Positions 1 through 10,237 of a stretch of 59,728 nucleotides of DNA are shown here, in pieces. The notes under the pieces were generated by a model. It was not told the origin of the DNA, made no database searches, and worked only from the letters and a program-made list of their open reading frames with translations. This DNA is from a virus (lineage: Duplodnaviria > Caudoviricetes): IMG/VR virus record IMGVR_UViG_3300042914_003096, positions 1 to 59,728 of that record. The stretch is one strand, 5' to 3'. Within the stretch, counting starts at the first letter, position 1. Every line of letters starts with the position of its first letter. The position numbers were made by a program, and so were the translations under genes.

Positions 1-639
1 AGATTATTTAATAACGTCATCTGTTACCCTTGTGATGGATCAGGAGGAACTAAAAGAATATGTAACACCTGCCAAGGTCAGGGTGTTGTTATACAAACGT
101 TTGGAACTGGTATGTTTACACAAAGAGTACAAACGACTTGTCCACATTGTAATGGATCAGGTAGTTTAATACTTAATGTTTGTAAAAGTTGTAATGGACA
201 AGGTGTTACAAAAAAAGAAGATCACTTACAGGCGTCAATCCCACCAAATGTCGATAACGGTGATTTTTTAAGATTACAACAAAAAGGAGATTACCACCCA
301 AAAACAAAAATGTTTGGTGATCTTATTTTAAGGGTTAGTTTGGTATCTGATGGTAAATACCAAAAAATGGGAATGGACTTGATCTATAATAAAAAAATCG
401 ATCCATTAACTTTATTGATTGAAGATGAAATGTTAATTGAACATCCTGACGGTAAACTGTCAATTAAAGTACCTGAAATTTTAAACACAGAAAAACCATT
501 AAGGATTACAAATAAAGGTTATAAAACACCAGTAGGTAACGGTAATTTTTACATAAAAGTAATAGTCGAAAAAGAATCAAATATTGATCCTGAAATAAAA
601 CAAAAACTAAAGGATTTGTTAAAAAAGACCGTAGATTGA
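1..639 (+). CDS. dnaJ: DnaJ chaperone, 3' part (zinc finger plus C-terminal substrate-binding domain), truncated at window start
   Basis: Frame 1 is open from base 1; CYPCDGSG, CNTCQGQG, CPHCNGSG and CKSCNGQG repeats; C-terminal IPPNVDNG...GDL...LRITNKG...GNFYI motifs. Confidence 0.9.
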   Translation, partial: RLFNNVICYPCDGSGGTKRICNTCQGQGVVIQTFGTGMFTQRVQTTCPHCNGSGSLILNVCKSCNGQGVTKKEDHLQASIPPNVDNGDFLRLQQKGDYHPKTKMFGDLILRVSLVSDGKYQKMGMDLIYNKKIDPLTLLIEDEMLIEHPDGKLSIKVPEILNTEKPLRITNKGYKTPVGNGNFYIKVIVEKESNIDPEIKQKLKDLLKKTVD

Positions 640-777
640 TTTAACTAATTCAACGGTACCATAAATTGACGTTAATAAAATATAAATACCCAATATTAAA
701 AGTGATGTTTGTGTTTTATTTAAACCTTTTTTACAGGTAGTACATCCGTTAACTTGTGTTGCCTTTTTCTTTTCCAT
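619..777 (-). CDS. 52-aa small membrane protein with CxxC (not in ORF track)
   Basis: MEKKKATQVNGCTTCKKGLNKTQTSLLILGIYILLTSIYGTVELVKSIYGLF; TTATTTATA on the minus strand just upstream. Confidence 0.6.
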   Translation of the reverse strand: MEKKKATQVNGCTTCKKGLNKTQTSLLILGIYILLTSIYGTVELVKSIYGLF

Positions 778-871
778 AGTTATATTTTAATTATAAATAA
801 TTTGAAAATAAATATTAAAATATTTTTATTTTATTGACGCACTTTTATAAACTTATTAATATTTATAATAT

Positions 872-1036
872 ATGGGAAAAATAGGAAGACCTAAAAAAGA
901 TGAAAAAGATAAAAAAGTCAAATATGGTATTAGTATTGATAGGTATCTTTTTGATAAAATGAAAAACGAGGAACTTAGTATATCCAAGTTTGTTCAGAAT
1001 TTAGTTAAGGAGTATTATGATAAGAAAAAAATTTAA
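872..1036 (+). CDS. 54-aa AT-hook / ribbon-helix-helix-like DNA-binding protein (not in ORF track)
   Basis: MGKIGRPKKDEKDKKVKYGISIDRYLFDKMKNEELSISKFVQNLVKEYYDKKKI: GRPKK, alternating beta strand, then two helices; ATATTTAT upstream. Confidence 0.7.
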   Translation: MGKIGRPKKDEKDKKVKYGISIDRYLFDKMKNEELSISKFVQNLVKEYYDKKKI

Positions 1037-1700
1037 CGAAGATTATTTTGAAAAAATAGATACTGAAGATAAGGCTTATTTTTTAGGGTTAATATATGCC
1101 GACGGATGTATTATAAATGATTTGAATAATCATAGATATAAATTATGTATTAAATTACATAATAAAGACAAACACATACTTGAGGAATTTATTAAATTTG
1201 TAAACGGAGAAATGAAACTATGGTTTCACGGACAAAGGGAAATGTGTGAAGTAAATTTATCGGGTAAAAAAATAATTAATGATTTAGAAAATAAAGGGGT
1301 TTACCCTAAAAAAACCTTTACAATAAAATATCCGGATATTGATGAAAAATTAGAAAGACATTTTTTAAGGGGTTATTTTGATGGTGACGGGTGTGTTAGA
1401 GTTAATACAGATAAAAGAGATGGAAATAAAAGAGGTGATTTGAGAATTGTTGGTGGATCTATGGATATGTTAAATAAAATAAATGAACGAATGAATAAAT
1501 TATTTAACACAAGTATTAATAAATTATATGGACCTAAAGATAAAGATTATGGGTTTATTGGATGGGCGGGAATGGCCGACATTGAAAAAATTTATAACGG
1601 GTTCTACAATGAAACTGATTTGTTTTTAACAAGAAAAAAAATTATATTTGATAGTGTAATTAATGAAATAAAAAATAAAACAAAATATAGAAAAAAATAA
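1017..1700 (+). CDS. LAGLIDADG-family homing endonuclease (free-standing)
   Basis: Two motifs, YFLGLIYADG and FLRGYFDGDG. Confidence 0.9.
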   Translation: MIRKKFNEDYFEKIDTEDKAYFLGLIYADGCIINDLNNHRYKLCIKLHNKDKHILEEFIKFVNGEMKLWFHGQREMCEVNLSGKKIINDLENKGVYPKKTFTIKYPDIDEKLERHFLRGYFDGDGCVRVNTDKRDGNKRGDLRIVGGSMDMLNKINERMNKLFNTSINKLYGPKDKDYGFIGWAGMADIEKIYNGFYNETDLFLTRKKIIFDSVINEIKNKTKYRKK

Positions 1701-1701
1701 T

Positions 1702-2544
1702 ATGTGTTTAAGTTATATTGGGGGTAAAAGTAGGATTGGAAAGTGGATTGTACCTTTCTATGATAAAAATATGGAAACGTATGTTGAAACATTCGGTGGT
1801 ATGTATTGGTGTTTTTTTAATATGGATTTAAAAGAGTACCCTAACTTAAAAAGAGTTGTTTATAATGACTTTAATCCGTTGAATTATAATTTATTTCAAT
1901 GTGTTCAAAACCCATCCGAACTATTAAAGGCAATAAATTCAATTGATTGTCAACGATTTGGTGTGTCAGTTACTCCACAACACCTAAAAGAACAATTTAT
2001 AAGCTTTCAGGCTGAATTATTTAATCAAGATTTCAGTGTAAAGGCTTACGATTATGAAGTGGCGGCAAAATACGTTTATATTCTAACACAAGTATTTAGT
2101 GGGTCTAAACCCGAAACATCAAATTTCATCGATCTAAAAGGTAAATACAAGTCCAAATATCTTACATTTCGAGATAAGTTATCTAAACCAGATTGGATTG
2201 AACATTTTTTAAAAATCACTGATGTTGAAAATATGGATTTTGAAGATGTGATTAAAAAATATGATTCTGAATCAACATACATTTATTTAGATCCACCATA
2301 TTGGAAAACAGAAAACTATTATTCTAATCACGATTTTGATAGAGAAGATCACGAAAGATTGGCAAATGCATTAAAAAATATAAGTGGTAAATTTTCGTTA
2401 TCTTATTATGATTTTCCGTTACTTTCTGAATGGTTTCCTAAAGATCAGTATAGATGGGAAATGAAACAATTTGCAAAAGCGGCGGCAGCAAAGAAAGGTG
2501 AAAAACAAAATATGGGTGAAGAATTATTAATAATGAACTACTAA
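1702..2544 (+). CDS. dam: Dam-like (D12 class) DNA adenine methyltransferase
   Basis: SYIGGKS, YVETFGG, VYNDFN and YLDPPY motifs. Confidence 0.9.
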   Translation: MCLSYIGGKSRIGKWIVPFYDKNMETYVETFGGMYWCFFNMDLKEYPNLKRVVYNDFNPLNYNLFQCVQNPSELLKAINSIDCQRFGVSVTPQHLKEQFISFQAELFNQDFSVKAYDYEVAAKYVYILTQVFSGSKPETSNFIDLKGKYKSKYLTFRDKLSKPDWIEHFLKITDVENMDFEDVIKKYDSESTYIYLDPPYWKTENYYSNHDFDREDHERLANALKNISGKFSLSYYDFPLLSEWFPKDQYRWEMKQFAKAAAAKKGEKQNMGEELLIMNY

Positions 2545-2592
2545 TAAGTTTTTTTTTAATTTTGTAATATTTATATAATAAAATATACTGTA

Positions 2593-3954
2593 ATGGCAAT
2601 TAGATTTACTAGCATTTTAAGAGACCTAATAGTTGAAGCTTCAAGATTTCAAGTATTAGCGGACAAATATTTAAAACCTAAAAAAGGTGAAAGAAAAGGG
2701 TTAATGACCCTTGAAACATTGTTTGCGATCATCGCGGCAGACCCCACAACAAGGGTTCCTGATGGTATTGATGTTGATAATGTTACACCTGAAGATATGG
2801 AAAAAGTAAAAATTGGAAAATACACCCAATGGTTACTTAAAAACTTTGTATTACCAACAACTTTAGACGTTACACCTGATTCACCAAGGTATAAGGAAGC
2901 TTACAAACAATATCAAGAGTTGTTTATGGAAGACCTTTTTAAGGTTACAAACGACCTTATGAAATACGAAAGGTTTAAAAATAGATTACCACAAGAGGCT
3001 AGAGATATTAATAAACTAACACCTGAAACATTATACGATCAAGTTAAAGATTTTAGTTTAGAAAAAACAAAAGCGTCTAAAGAAGAAAAACAAGAAGCTT
3101 CTAGAACATACGCACACCCTGGTGGTGAAGTTGTCTTTAGAGGTTCTGATTGGACTGTTGTTAAAATTTCAGATACTGGTCAATTAGGTAAAGACGCTGC
3201 TTGTTTCTACGGTGGTTACTATTTAGAACCACAAAAAGGTGAAACTAGATGGTGTACATCGGCACCTGGGCTTCAGTGGTTTGATAGATACATTTCAAAA
3301 GGACCATTATATGTTGTAATACCGAATTCACCAAGATCTTTTAACAGTGGATTAGATACTGGTGAAAAATCAGGACTTCCGGCTCTTAGATATCAATTCC
3401 ATTTCCCTGACCAACAGTTTATGGATCCTTCCGATAGACAAATTGATCTTGTTGACTTTTTATCAAAACAAGAACCAGGACTTAAAGAATATTTTAAACC
3501 TGAATTTATGAAAGGTTTAGGTGGAGGTCAAACAGGAACAAAAATATCGGTTAACTATCCAAATGATAGTGCATCTAAATACATCGCACTTTATGGATTT
3601 GAAGAATTCTTTAATGGTTTACCTGAAAATATCCAAAGGCTTGAATTTGTTAAAAAAGGTGACTCCGATTTCACACTTGATATTCCTGAATCAATTGGTA
3701 ACTTCACAAATCTAACAGCATTACATCTTGTTGGATGTGTTGGTAAATTACCTGAAAGTATTTGTAAATTACAAAAGTTACAGTTTTTGTCGATTCCTGA
3801 AAATAGAAATATGCAAAAACTTCCTGACTGTATTGCTGATCTACCAAGGCTTTCTGTTATCAACTTAAAAGGAAGTAATCTAAATGGTACAATTCCTGAA
3901 TCTATTTACAAAAGAGCAGAAACTGATGACGGATTCCATATTTTTGATAAGTAA
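2593..3954 (+). CDS. Phage protein with C-terminal leucine-rich repeats
   Basis: IPESIGNFTNLTALHL, LPESICKLQKLQFLSI, LPDCIADLPRLSVINL; central TRWCTS motif; ATATTTAT at 2567. Confidence 0.75.
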   Translation: MAIRFTSILRDLIVEASRFQVLADKYLKPKKGERKGLMTLETLFAIIAADPTTRVPDGIDVDNVTPEDMEKVKIGKYTQWLLKNFVLPTTLDVTPDSPRYKEAYKQYQELFMEDLFKVTNDLMKYERFKNRLPQEARDINKLTPETLYDQVKDFSLEKTKASKEEKQEASRTYAHPGGEVVFRGSDWTVVKISDTGQLGKDAACFYGGYYLEPQKGETRWCTSAPGLQWFDRYISKGPLYVVIPNSPRSFNSGLDTGEKSGLPALRYQFHFPDQQFMDPSDRQIDLVDFLSKQEPGLKEYFKPEFMKGLGGGQTGTKISVNYPNDSASKYIALYGFEEFFNGLPENIQRLEFVKKGDSDFTLDIPESIGNFTNLTALHLVGCVGKLPESICKLQKLQFLSIPENRNMQKLPDCIADLPRLSVINLKGSNLNGTIPESIYKRAETDDGFHIFDK

Positions 3955-4008
3955 TTTTTTTTAATTCAAAAATTATTATTATTTTTGTAAAAACTAAAAT
4001 GTATTATT

Positions 4009-4290
4009 ATGAAGAACTTGGATATTGATATTTATATGACAAATTTTACAGGATTCTTCAGAAAAAATCCAGATCAGTTAAAACAATTAATTGGTAATTC
4101 CGATCCTGAAGTATTTTATGATGGTGTTAGAAAAATTGTTGAAGAAAATTCAAAATTTGAAGACAGACAACTTGAACCAACAAGACAACAATTATTGGAT
4201 CTTATCGTAAAACTAACAATCGGGGAATCAAAACAAAACACCGAAATACCACATATGGTACACCATATGGGTTTAATTTGTCTTAATTAG
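4009..4290 (+). CDS. Hypothetical protein
   Basis: 93-aa ORF, plausible start context. Confidence 0.6.
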   Translation: MKNLDIDIYMTNFTGFFRKNPDQLKQLIGNSDPEVFYDGVRKIVEENSKFEDRQLEPTRQQLLDLIVKLTIGESKQNTEIPHMVHHMGLICLN

Positions 4291-4311
4291 TAACTATTTT
4301 ATACCTTTTTT

Positions 4312-6045
4312 ATGGAGGAAAAAAATGTCATTTTTAAATTGCAAAAGAATTACTATGCCGTAGTAAAAAATAAAAACTATAATGAATTCTTTCCAAAAGG
4401 ACATCAGAAAATTGATAAAGAAATTGTAAATCCAAAATCTTTACCGAAAAAGTCATATAGTCGAAAATACGGTCAGTTTGAGTCCGACAATCACTTTTCA
4501 ACCGAAGAAGAATTTATTAAATATTATGGTGATTTATTTTGTCAAGTATCGCACGCAAGACAAACCTTTGTTATTGAGGAAAAAGAAAATAATATTTCAA
4601 TAAAGTATTATACATATCACAGATTTAGAAATGCTGGTGCAAGATACTTTGTTGTTAGAAAAACCGTCAAGTATTTAACATTCAATTTTAAAACAAAAAG
4701 ATTTTATTATGGTGAAATTGATAAAAAAAATAAAAAAGTTTTAAGAAATAAAAGTAATTTTTATTTAACGGACGCTTCAGGACTTAGTTTTGTTTACAAT
4801 TTAAAAACATTAATAAAAGAACAAAATCAAAATGATTATGATTATAGTTGGATATCCGATAATGACGATACTTTTTATGTAAAGTCAAATGAAATTATAA
4901 ATCAATTTTTTGATAAAATTTGTAAAAAAACAAATATTACACTAGATAAAACATTAAGTTTTGAAAAAAAGGTGTTTTTGATAACACTAAAAATGAGAAA
5001 CATCAAATATCCTGATTCATTTTTTAATTTTATTGGATTAAGATTTAAAACTAAGGATCTAAAAAAATATAAGATGAATCTTGTAAACTACGTTATGGAT
5101 AATTTTGGTATAAAAGGTGATAATGTTAGGAAAATACTTAATATTTGTGCGAATATTAATTTCAGTGATTTAATTTTAATTTATAAAATATTGGGAGTTG
5201 ATCACTTTAATAAAATCAATAACGTTTCAATATTTTCTACATCTAACTATAATAATGGGTATTTTTGGAATTACTATTATGATGAAATACCTAAAATGGT
5301 AGAAGAAAAAAGAACTGTTTTGACTAATGCTGAAAAAATGAATATTGTTCATATTTTAAATTCATTTAAATATAATGAGCAACTAACTAGTATTTTTGAT
5401 CATTTGGACTTTAAACGTAAACTAATGAATTATGGTGAAACCGTAAAAATAAAGGCAAAAACATACGATCAGTTTGTTAATGAACACGACGAATGGTCTA
5501 CAATTGTTAAATCTTATCAGAATGGTATTGTTGAAAGATATTACGGTGAAAATGCTAAAAATGTTGAAAAAGTAATTGAACATAATGGTGTATTATATCA
5601 TCCTGTTCTTTTTACAACAACAACTGATTATGATAACGAATCAACCGTTCAACAAAACTGTGTTAGAACTTATTCAGAAAAAGCTCACTGTCTTATCATA
5701 TCTTTAAGAAAAAATAGTGTTGAATCAAAAGAAAGGTTAACTATAGAATATGCGATAAGTAAAGGTGGACTTAATAGAGTTCAAACAAAGGCAAGATTCA
5801 ATCAGATGCCTGTTGAAGAATGGAATGATGTGATACGAAAGTTAGATGATAATGTAAAAGAATGTTGGGATAAAGTTGAAATTAATTTACCTGAAATTAA
5901 AAAAACATTTCGTAATGGTAAAATAATCACAGCAAGAGCAACATACCCTAATGACAATAAAACATTTTTTTTAGTACCGGTATGGGATAACCCTGCAGTT
6001 GAACAATTTAGAACTTTTAACTATTTATTTGATGACCTACCTTAG
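4312..6045 (+). CDS. PcfJ-like domain protein
   Basis: C-terminal HDEW...ESTVQQNCVRTY...IISLR...RLTIEY...QTKARFN pattern typical of PcfJ-like proteins. Confidence 0.65.
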   Translation: MEEKNVIFKLQKNYYAVVKNKNYNEFFPKGHQKIDKEIVNPKSLPKKSYSRKYGQFESDNHFSTEEEFIKYYGDLFCQVSHARQTFVIEEKENNISIKYYTYHRFRNAGARYFVVRKTVKYLTFNFKTKRFYYGEIDKKNKKVLRNKSNFYLTDASGLSFVYNLKTLIKEQNQNDYDYSWISDNDDTFYVKSNEIINQFFDKICKKTNITLDKTLSFEKKVFLITLKMRNIKYPDSFFNFIGLRFKTKDLKKYKMNLVNYVMDNFGIKGDNVRKILNICANINFSDLILIYKILGVDHFNKINNVSIFSTSNYNNGYFWNYYYDEIPKMVEEKRTVLTNAEKMNIVHILNSFKYNEQLTSIFDHLDFKRKLMNYGETVKIKAKTYDQFVNEHDEWSTIVKSYQNGIVERYYGENAKNVEKVIEHNGVLYHPVLFTTTTDYDNESTVQQNCVRTYSEKAHCLIISLRKNSVESKERLTIEYAISKGGLNRVQTKARFNQMPVEEWNDVIRKLDDNVKECWDKVEINLPEIKKTFRNGKIITARATYPNDNKTFFLVPVWDNPAVEQFRTFNYLFDDLP

Positions 6046-6403
6046 AACTTTGGAAGAAAAAAAAACATATACGATACCAAAAAACATCATTGATTTTTTT
6101 GAAAAAAAATACAATGAGTATCCTTGTATTACCCAAACACCAAATGTAGTTTATGGGGCCATCGAACAATTAAATAAAAAAAATAAAATACTTTGGTATA
6201 ACAATTTATTTAATGGTTCTGAAACAATCATTAAAGAAGCTATAATTGATTTTAGTACAAATTTTAAAACAATGGTTTTTGTGTCAAATGTTGAAAATGA
6301 AAGAGTTTATCGACTTTTTATATTATCCACTACAGAAAATAAATTTAATGTTGATATTTTAATTAAAGGATTAAATAAATTTTACACAATAGATTTAGTA
6401 TGA
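6032..6403 (+). CDS. Hypothetical protein
   Basis: ATG at 6032 overlaps the upstream gene end; coupled to the next gene. Confidence 0.55.
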   Translation: MTYLRTLEEKKTYTIPKNIIDFFEKKYNEYPCITQTPNVVYGAIEQLNKKNKILWYNNLFNGSETIIKEAIIDFSTNFKTMVFVSNVENERVYRLFILSTTENKFNVDILIKGLNKFYTIDLV

Positions 6404-6687
6404 AGGTCGTGGTTTTGTATTCAATGAAGGGTTGCCCTTTTTGTGAAATGATCAAAGAAGAATTTGATAAAGAAAATATTTTATTTTTAGAAAGAGATAT
6501 TGAAGAATATGAAGAAGAATATGATGAATTTGTAAATGCAACAGATAATGAGTATGTTCCATCTATGATTCTTTTAGATCTTGACAAAAATGATGAAGCG
6601 ACCAATGTTAAATTGATCGCTCCCGAAAGAGATTTTGAAGATATATACGAAGGAGTTAAGATTGTTAAAAAATATCTATCAGAGTAA
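6400..6687 (+). CDS. Glutaredoxin
   Basis: YSMKGCPFC active site and cis-Pro YVPS motif. Confidence 0.85.
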   Translation: MKVVVLYSMKGCPFCEMIKEEFDKENILFLERDIEEYEEEYDEFVNATDNEYVPSMILLDLDKNDEATNVKLIAPERDFEDIYEGVKIVKKYLSE

Positions 6688-7554
6688 AACTATTTCACTT
6701 ACAAGATCCATTTTATACCAAGGCATTTCACAATCATCTTTATAGATTTCTTCATATACTTTACAGTTTGATAAATCTAAAGAATCTTTTAATTTTTTAA
6801 GTTCAAAAGGAAAAATATCTAAAACCAATGATTCTAACCAAGATTGTTTAACTTTAAATTTACCACCATCAATAACGAATTTTACATTTTCATTATCTAT
6901 TTCATCAAAGTCACCGACATTATAAATTGAACATTTAATTTTGTCATAAAGATCAATTCTTTTTAAATGATTTGTAATGTATTTCATTAAAGCTAAATAA
7001 TATTTTTCATTAGTGTTTGATAAACCATAAAATCTGTCAGAAAAATATGTTTCGTTTGAAAAATTGGTTTTAGTGATTGTATATTCAGGAAACTTTTCTT
7101 TTAACTTGGACGAAACGTCTGAAATTTTATCTTCACTACAATCATAAAAAACTAATTTGTGTTCCTTTTTTACTTTTAAATTAAATGGTTGGTTATTTTT
7201 TGCCGAATCATTGACAAAATCCTGAAGATCATCTTTATACGTATTTACCTCATCTTCATATTCAATTGTCATATAATTTGTTGTAAATTCTTTATTATAT
7301 TCGATCATATCAAATACTCTTATAGTGTTTGATAATTCTTCATTATATTGAACACAGAATTCACGTAAGATGTCACTTAGATTTAATACTACATTAGACG
7401 ATGTTCTACCCTTTACAACAAAAAAATTCCTGACATTAATTACCGAAATTTCGGTATTAGCATCAGGAAATGAATCATTTATTTTTTCAACAATTAAACC
7501 AGCGAAAATATTACAGATATTCTTACCGTCCAAAAAGTTATACACTTCAATCAT
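6679..7554 (-). CDS. Hypothetical protein; N-terminus resembles a degenerate SAM synthetase (MetK) N-domain
   Basis: DGKNICNIFAGLIVEKI...PDANTEISV...FFVVKGRTSSNVVLNLSDILRE parallels MetK HPDKICDQISDAILD...P.ARVACE...VLVAGEITT...DI..IVRE; catalytic HPD is absent. Confidence 0.45.
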   Translation of the reverse strand: MIEVYNFLDGKNICNIFAGLIVEKINDSFPDANTEISVINVRNFFVVKGRTSSNVVLNLSDILREFCVQYNEELSNTIRVFDMIEYNKEFTTNYMTIEYEDEVNTYKDDLQDFVNDSAKNNQPFNLKVKKEHKLVFYDCSEDKISDVSSKLKEKFPEYTITKTNFSNETYFSDRFYGLSNTNEKYYLALMKYITNHLKRIDLYDKIKCSIYNVGDFDEIDNENVKFVIDGGKFKVKQSWLESLVLDIFPFELKKLKDSLDLSNCKVYEEIYKDDCEMPWYKMDLVSEIVLL

Positions 7555-7619
7555 AATTTTTTAATTAACATTTTATTTTAAATAATGTTATATAAAAAAA
7601 ATTAATGATTAAATACTAA

Positions 7620-7754
7620 TTACTTCTTGTTGTAATATTTTTCAACAATCTTTTGAACTGCTTGTTTTACAGTTTCGTTATTTTGTTGTTGTTGTGTTTG
7701 AACGGGTTGTTGAGCTTGATTTCCGTTGTTTTTATTTTTACATCCGCAAGACAT
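7620..7754 (-). CDS. 44-aa protein starting MSCGCK (not in ORF track)
   Basis: MSCGCKNKNNGNQAQQPVQTQQQQNNETVKQAVQKIVEKYYNKK; ATATTTAT on the minus strand upstream. Confidence 0.6.
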   Translation of the reverse strand: MSCGCKNKNNGNQAQQPVQTQQQQNNETVKQAVQKIVEKYYNKK

Positions 7755-7839
7755 AATACAAATTTTTAAAAGTTTATATAACAATAAATATTTAATAAAA
7801 TAAAATTGTCAAATGTAAACCAGAAAGTATTTATAAAAT

Positions 7840-9012
7840 ATGTCAATAAATACCATTATTAAAAGAATTATAAAAGAAGAAACCGAAGAATGGGTTGAAT
7901 TAGATCCAGAGGAATATCTTGATTTATTAAAATATGTTAATGGTGATGGGTCCTTAATAAAAAGATTACCTGATTATAAAAACAAAAAAATAAAAATAGT
8001 TGGGGATCTTACTATCGACGATACAGAAGTGTCAAACATAGACTCAATTGATTATGTTCAAGGAGATTTAGATATATCTTATACTAATATTGAATTTTTT
8101 GATAAATCTAAAGTGAGAGGTAGTTTCAGAAATTGGGGATCTGAAATGGAAAAAATAGAAAAAAGAAAAGCATTACAAATAAAATACGATAAACTTGAAA
8201 AATTAAGAAACTCTGACGCTTGGAACACTAGTAATGGTGATATGATATCATATGAAACCGAAGCACTTTTTCAACATTTAAAAAATTCTGGTGTTGTAGA
8301 CGAGGGTGAAGATAAATATTTTATTTATCCTGACTATGAAAGTGGATTTGCCCAACATTTTATTTGGTTTGGTAGTGATTTATTTGAGTCAGAATGGGTA
8401 GTAATAAGAGAAGATAAGATCTATGAGGCGGCATATAATAGTTTAAAAGATACTATAGATGAAGTTGGATACGAGTCCTTTAGTGCTTGGGTGTGGGAGG
8501 ATTATTTAGATAGGAATGAGATAAAAAGGTGGTTATATGATTCATATTCTGAAATGGTTTGGGACGACCCTGAAAGTTGGGGAATTGAAAAACAATTATC
8601 TAATGAACAACAAAAAATGATAGAGACTTTTGAATCAAAAATAGAAAAGTTAAATTATCGACTTAAAAATGAAGAACTTACCGATGATGAAGAAAGTGAA
8701 ATAGAAGATCAAATAAGTTCAATAGAAGATATCATTAAAGACATAAAAGAAGACCCTAAAGGTGAATATGATGACGACGAAATAGATGAAGCAATTGAAA
8801 GATTAACCGATGAGGAGGCTGACGATTTTCCAGCATATTTAGAAAATCATGGGTTTCATAGTTCTTATATTTTGAATTTTGTTGATATTGATGGTGTTAT
8901 AGATTATGTTATTAGATCTGATGGTTATGGAAGTATTTTAAATCGTTATGATGGTTCGGAAGATCAAGAAAATGTTGAAGGAACTTGGTTTTATGTTATG
9001 AGAGAAAATTAA
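7840..9012 (+). CDS. Acidic protein with IIKRIIKEE leader (putative virion/internal protein)
   Basis: 390-aa ORF, leader motif, GTATTTATA upstream. Confidence 0.6.
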   Translation: MSINTIIKRIIKEETEEWVELDPEEYLDLLKYVNGDGSLIKRLPDYKNKKIKIVGDLTIDDTEVSNIDSIDYVQGDLDISYTNIEFFDKSKVRGSFRNWGSEMEKIEKRKALQIKYDKLEKLRNSDAWNTSNGDMISYETEALFQHLKNSGVVDEGEDKYFIYPDYESGFAQHFIWFGSDLFESEWVVIREDKIYEAAYNSLKDTIDEVGYESFSAWVWEDYLDRNEIKRWLYDSYSEMVWDDPESWGIEKQLSNEQQKMIETFESKIEKLNYRLKNEELTDDEESEIEDQISSIEDIIKDIKEDPKGEYDDDEIDEAIERLTDEEADDFPAYLENHGFHSSYILNFVDIDGVIDYVIRSDGYGSILNRYDGSEDQENVEGTWFYVMREN

Positions 9013-9047
9013 TTTACTCTAACAGTAATTTTACCTATATTTTATTA

Positions 9048-9794
9048 ATGAAAACAGACTGGTTATTTCAAGAACCAATTGATTTGGAGCACAAACAATA
9101 TGTTCTTTTAGATTATTTACAAAAACTTGATAAAAATCTTAATAATTTTAAATTATACCCACAATTTCAAGAAATTTCACTTCATCTTGCAAGTATAAAT
9201 TTGCTATTAGAAAAAGGACAGACATTAAATTTAAATAGAATTTTAAAAGATCCTGACGATGAAATATTAATTTCAGACCTAGTGCCCGTCGACTGTCCAA
9301 AACTTACAATGGAAGAAATAACTGAAATTTATAATATATGTAAATATTCACTCACAAGATTGACTGATTACTTCAACCACGCAAAGGCAATTTGGGATAT
9401 TGTAAATGATACGGTATCAATTAATCCAATTCTTAACAAAAAAAATATAGATATAAGACAAGGACTTTTTTTCTTGGAATATAACGATAAAACAACTCTT
9501 TATGAATTCAATATAAAACCAATAAAAAAGGATGGTAATGAAACAAAGTGTCATATAAAAAGAATATGTGATTGTAGTAAAAATGACTTTGAAGAAAAAA
9601 TAAAGGAAGTTAAAAACCCTTTAATAAAAAACCTACAAAGTAAAGATGTTTATTCTAATCTTATAATGTTTACTGTAAACCATAATAATAGTTACCCTTT
9701 AAAAGAAACACTTCTTCCTATTGTTAAAAGAAAAATAATGAATTATATGATCCAATCTAAAGTTTTAAAAAAAACCAATTTGACAAAAGGATAG
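9048..9794 (+). CDS. Hypothetical protein
   Basis: Long ORF; ATG at 9048 (MKTDWLFQEPIDLEHKQY). Confidence 0.6.
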   Translation: MKTDWLFQEPIDLEHKQYVLLDYLQKLDKNLNNFKLYPQFQEISLHLASINLLLEKGQTLNLNRILKDPDDEILISDLVPVDCPKLTMEEITEIYNICKYSLTRLTDYFNHAKAIWDIVNDTVSINPILNKKNIDIRQGLFFLEYNDKTTLYEFNIKPIKKDGNETKCHIKRICDCSKNDFEEKIKEVKNPLIKNLQSKDVYSNLIMFTVNHNNSYPLKETLLPIVKRKIMNYMIQSKVLKKTNLTKG

Positions 9795-9821
9795 AAATTT
9801 GTTATTTTTAAAATAAAAATT

Positions 9822-10022
9822 ATGGCAACAAAAGAAAGAACATTAAACGAGTTAAGACAAGAAAAAGAATTTGGTTATAAACAACCCGCAAGTCACATTA
9901 ATTACAAAAAATTGGATGTGGACCCACAATACATTATTGATTTAATGAAGGAATACCCTAACGATGCTGATCTTGGAAAAAATGTAAGATCATATTTAAT
10001 TAATCTTGGAATTTATGAGTAA
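9822..10022 (+). CDS. Hypothetical protein
   Basis: 66-aa ORF with YPNDADLG motif. Confidence 0.55.
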   Translation: MATKERTLNELRQEKEFGYKQPASHINYKKLDVDPQYIIDLMKEYPNDADLGKNVRSYLINLGIYE

Positions 10023-10236
10023 AGAACAAGTAAATCACCCTAGTCATTATGGAGGGGCATTAAATGTTTATGAAGCAATTAAAGTGATAGATGCTTGGGG
10101 TCTTGGATTTTCATTAGGAAACACTGTAAAGTACATTTCAAGAGCAGGAAAAAAAGATTCTGATAAAGAAATTCAAGATTTAGAGAAAGCACTATGGTAC
10201 CTCCAACATCATATTGAACAACTAAAAAATAAATAA
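10015..10236 (+). CDS. DUF3310-family protein (T7 gp1.7-like nucleotide kinase domain)
   Basis: VNHPSHY...FSLGNTVKYISRAGKK...DLEKALWYL. Confidence 0.85.
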   Translation: MSKEQVNHPSHYGGALNVYEAIKVIDAWGLGFSLGNTVKYISRAGKKDSDKEIQDLEKALWYLQHHIEQLKNK

Positions 10237-10237
10237 A

